From Camelus ferus (Eukaryota): a stretch of 64,000 bases of DNA. The DNA lies in contig NC_045696.1 in the NCBI RefSeq assembly GCF_009834535.1, forward strand, positions 121,770,001 to 121,834,000, read 5' to 3'. Positions 63,256-64,000 of this stretch are shown one piece after another. The notes below the pieces were generated by a model, which saw only the letters and a program-made list of their open reading frames with translations, was not told the origin of the DNA and ran no database searches. The position numbers and the translations under genes are program-made. Position 1 is the first letter of the stretch; each line of letters opens with the position of its first letter.

Positions 63256-63880
63256 TGTTACTGAACCAAACTCAGGTCCACTGCCCACGAGCAGTGAAGC
63301 CAGTCTTCTGACCCCTGGTGGTGTTGAAGGAAAGTGCAGAGTTTATTGCAGGTGCCCAGCAAGGAGTCCAGGCAGCCAGTGCTCAAAAGACCTGAACTCC
63401 CTGGAGGCTTTCAGGGAAAGATTGTCTTTTAAAGACAGGATGAGGGAGGGGGTCGCTGGGGGCATGATCAGCTCATCGACAGTCCTCTGACTGGTGGGTG
63501 GTGAGGTCACTGGGAGTCAACATCATCAACCTTCTGGTTCCAGCTGGTCTGGGGTCCACGTGCTTGTGGGCAGCATGCACCACAAGCTTCTTCCACCTGG
63601 TGGGGGTTTCAGTGTCTGCAAAACAGCTCAAAGCCCTTTGAGCTACAGCCCTTGAGGAGGAACTAAAGATGCTTGACTTTGTTTAGTGGCTAAACTAATA
63701 TTATTTTGTCTTGCTAGACTGTTTTCTTTCCATTCTGCGTTTTCTCACTTCTCCGATTAAATGTGCTCTTTGGAACTCAGGGCAGGCCTAGCAGGCTGAT
63801 GTTTTTCTACAGACAAGAGGCAGGTGGAGGACATGGAGGGGGGTCTTTTCCAGGAAGGCCCTGTGGGGTCCTCAGTAGTC
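63256..63880 (-). mobile_element. ERV1-class solo LTR
   Basis: Starts tgttactgaaccaaactc; minus-strand AATAAA near 63342; LTR-like composition. Confidence 0.7.
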
Positions 63881-64000
63881 CCGGTGTGTGATTGACTCAC
63901 AGGCTGAGAAAACAGTGTGGGAAACGCCCAGCCCTCCCAGTTCTGGCGGATGTGCTGCTGGTCGTGTCTCAGAGGGGTCCGGGACTGAGGCCTGCGTAAG

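Overview
Mammalian genomic DNA, very probably camelid (tRNA-derived Vic-1-type SINEs and camelid-type L1 3' ends), with two 100-N scaffold gaps (1508-1607, 55264-55363). It reads as a segmental-duplication mosaic. (1) Two copies of a degenerate LANCL2 exon 1 and CpG-island promoter (1104-1286 and 30067-30249, minus strand) plus LANCL2 exon 2 (2463-2580). (2) A 2.48-kb near-identical inverted repeat (30471-32950 / 52784-55263) whose end joins base-perfectly to the left contig end, implying contig 1608-55263 is flipped and the true structure is a head-to-head LANCL2-like palindrome. (3) A ~9.75-kb insert of intron-like sequence with its own CpG island, an A-tail and a target-site duplication, splitting an old L1 inside LANCL2-like intron 1. 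(4) A diverged intronless cTAGE5/MIA2-like retrocopy (46095-46917) one homopolymer base away from an intact 273-aa ORF. (5) A candidate unidentified minus-strand multi-exon gene (37-45 kb). (6) A direct duplication with an apparent gene-conversion tract. (7) An isolated ABCA13-like exon (62102-62258). Gene and repeat-family identifications rest on recalled sequences, not on a database search; repeat boundaries are approximate unless TSDs are quoted.
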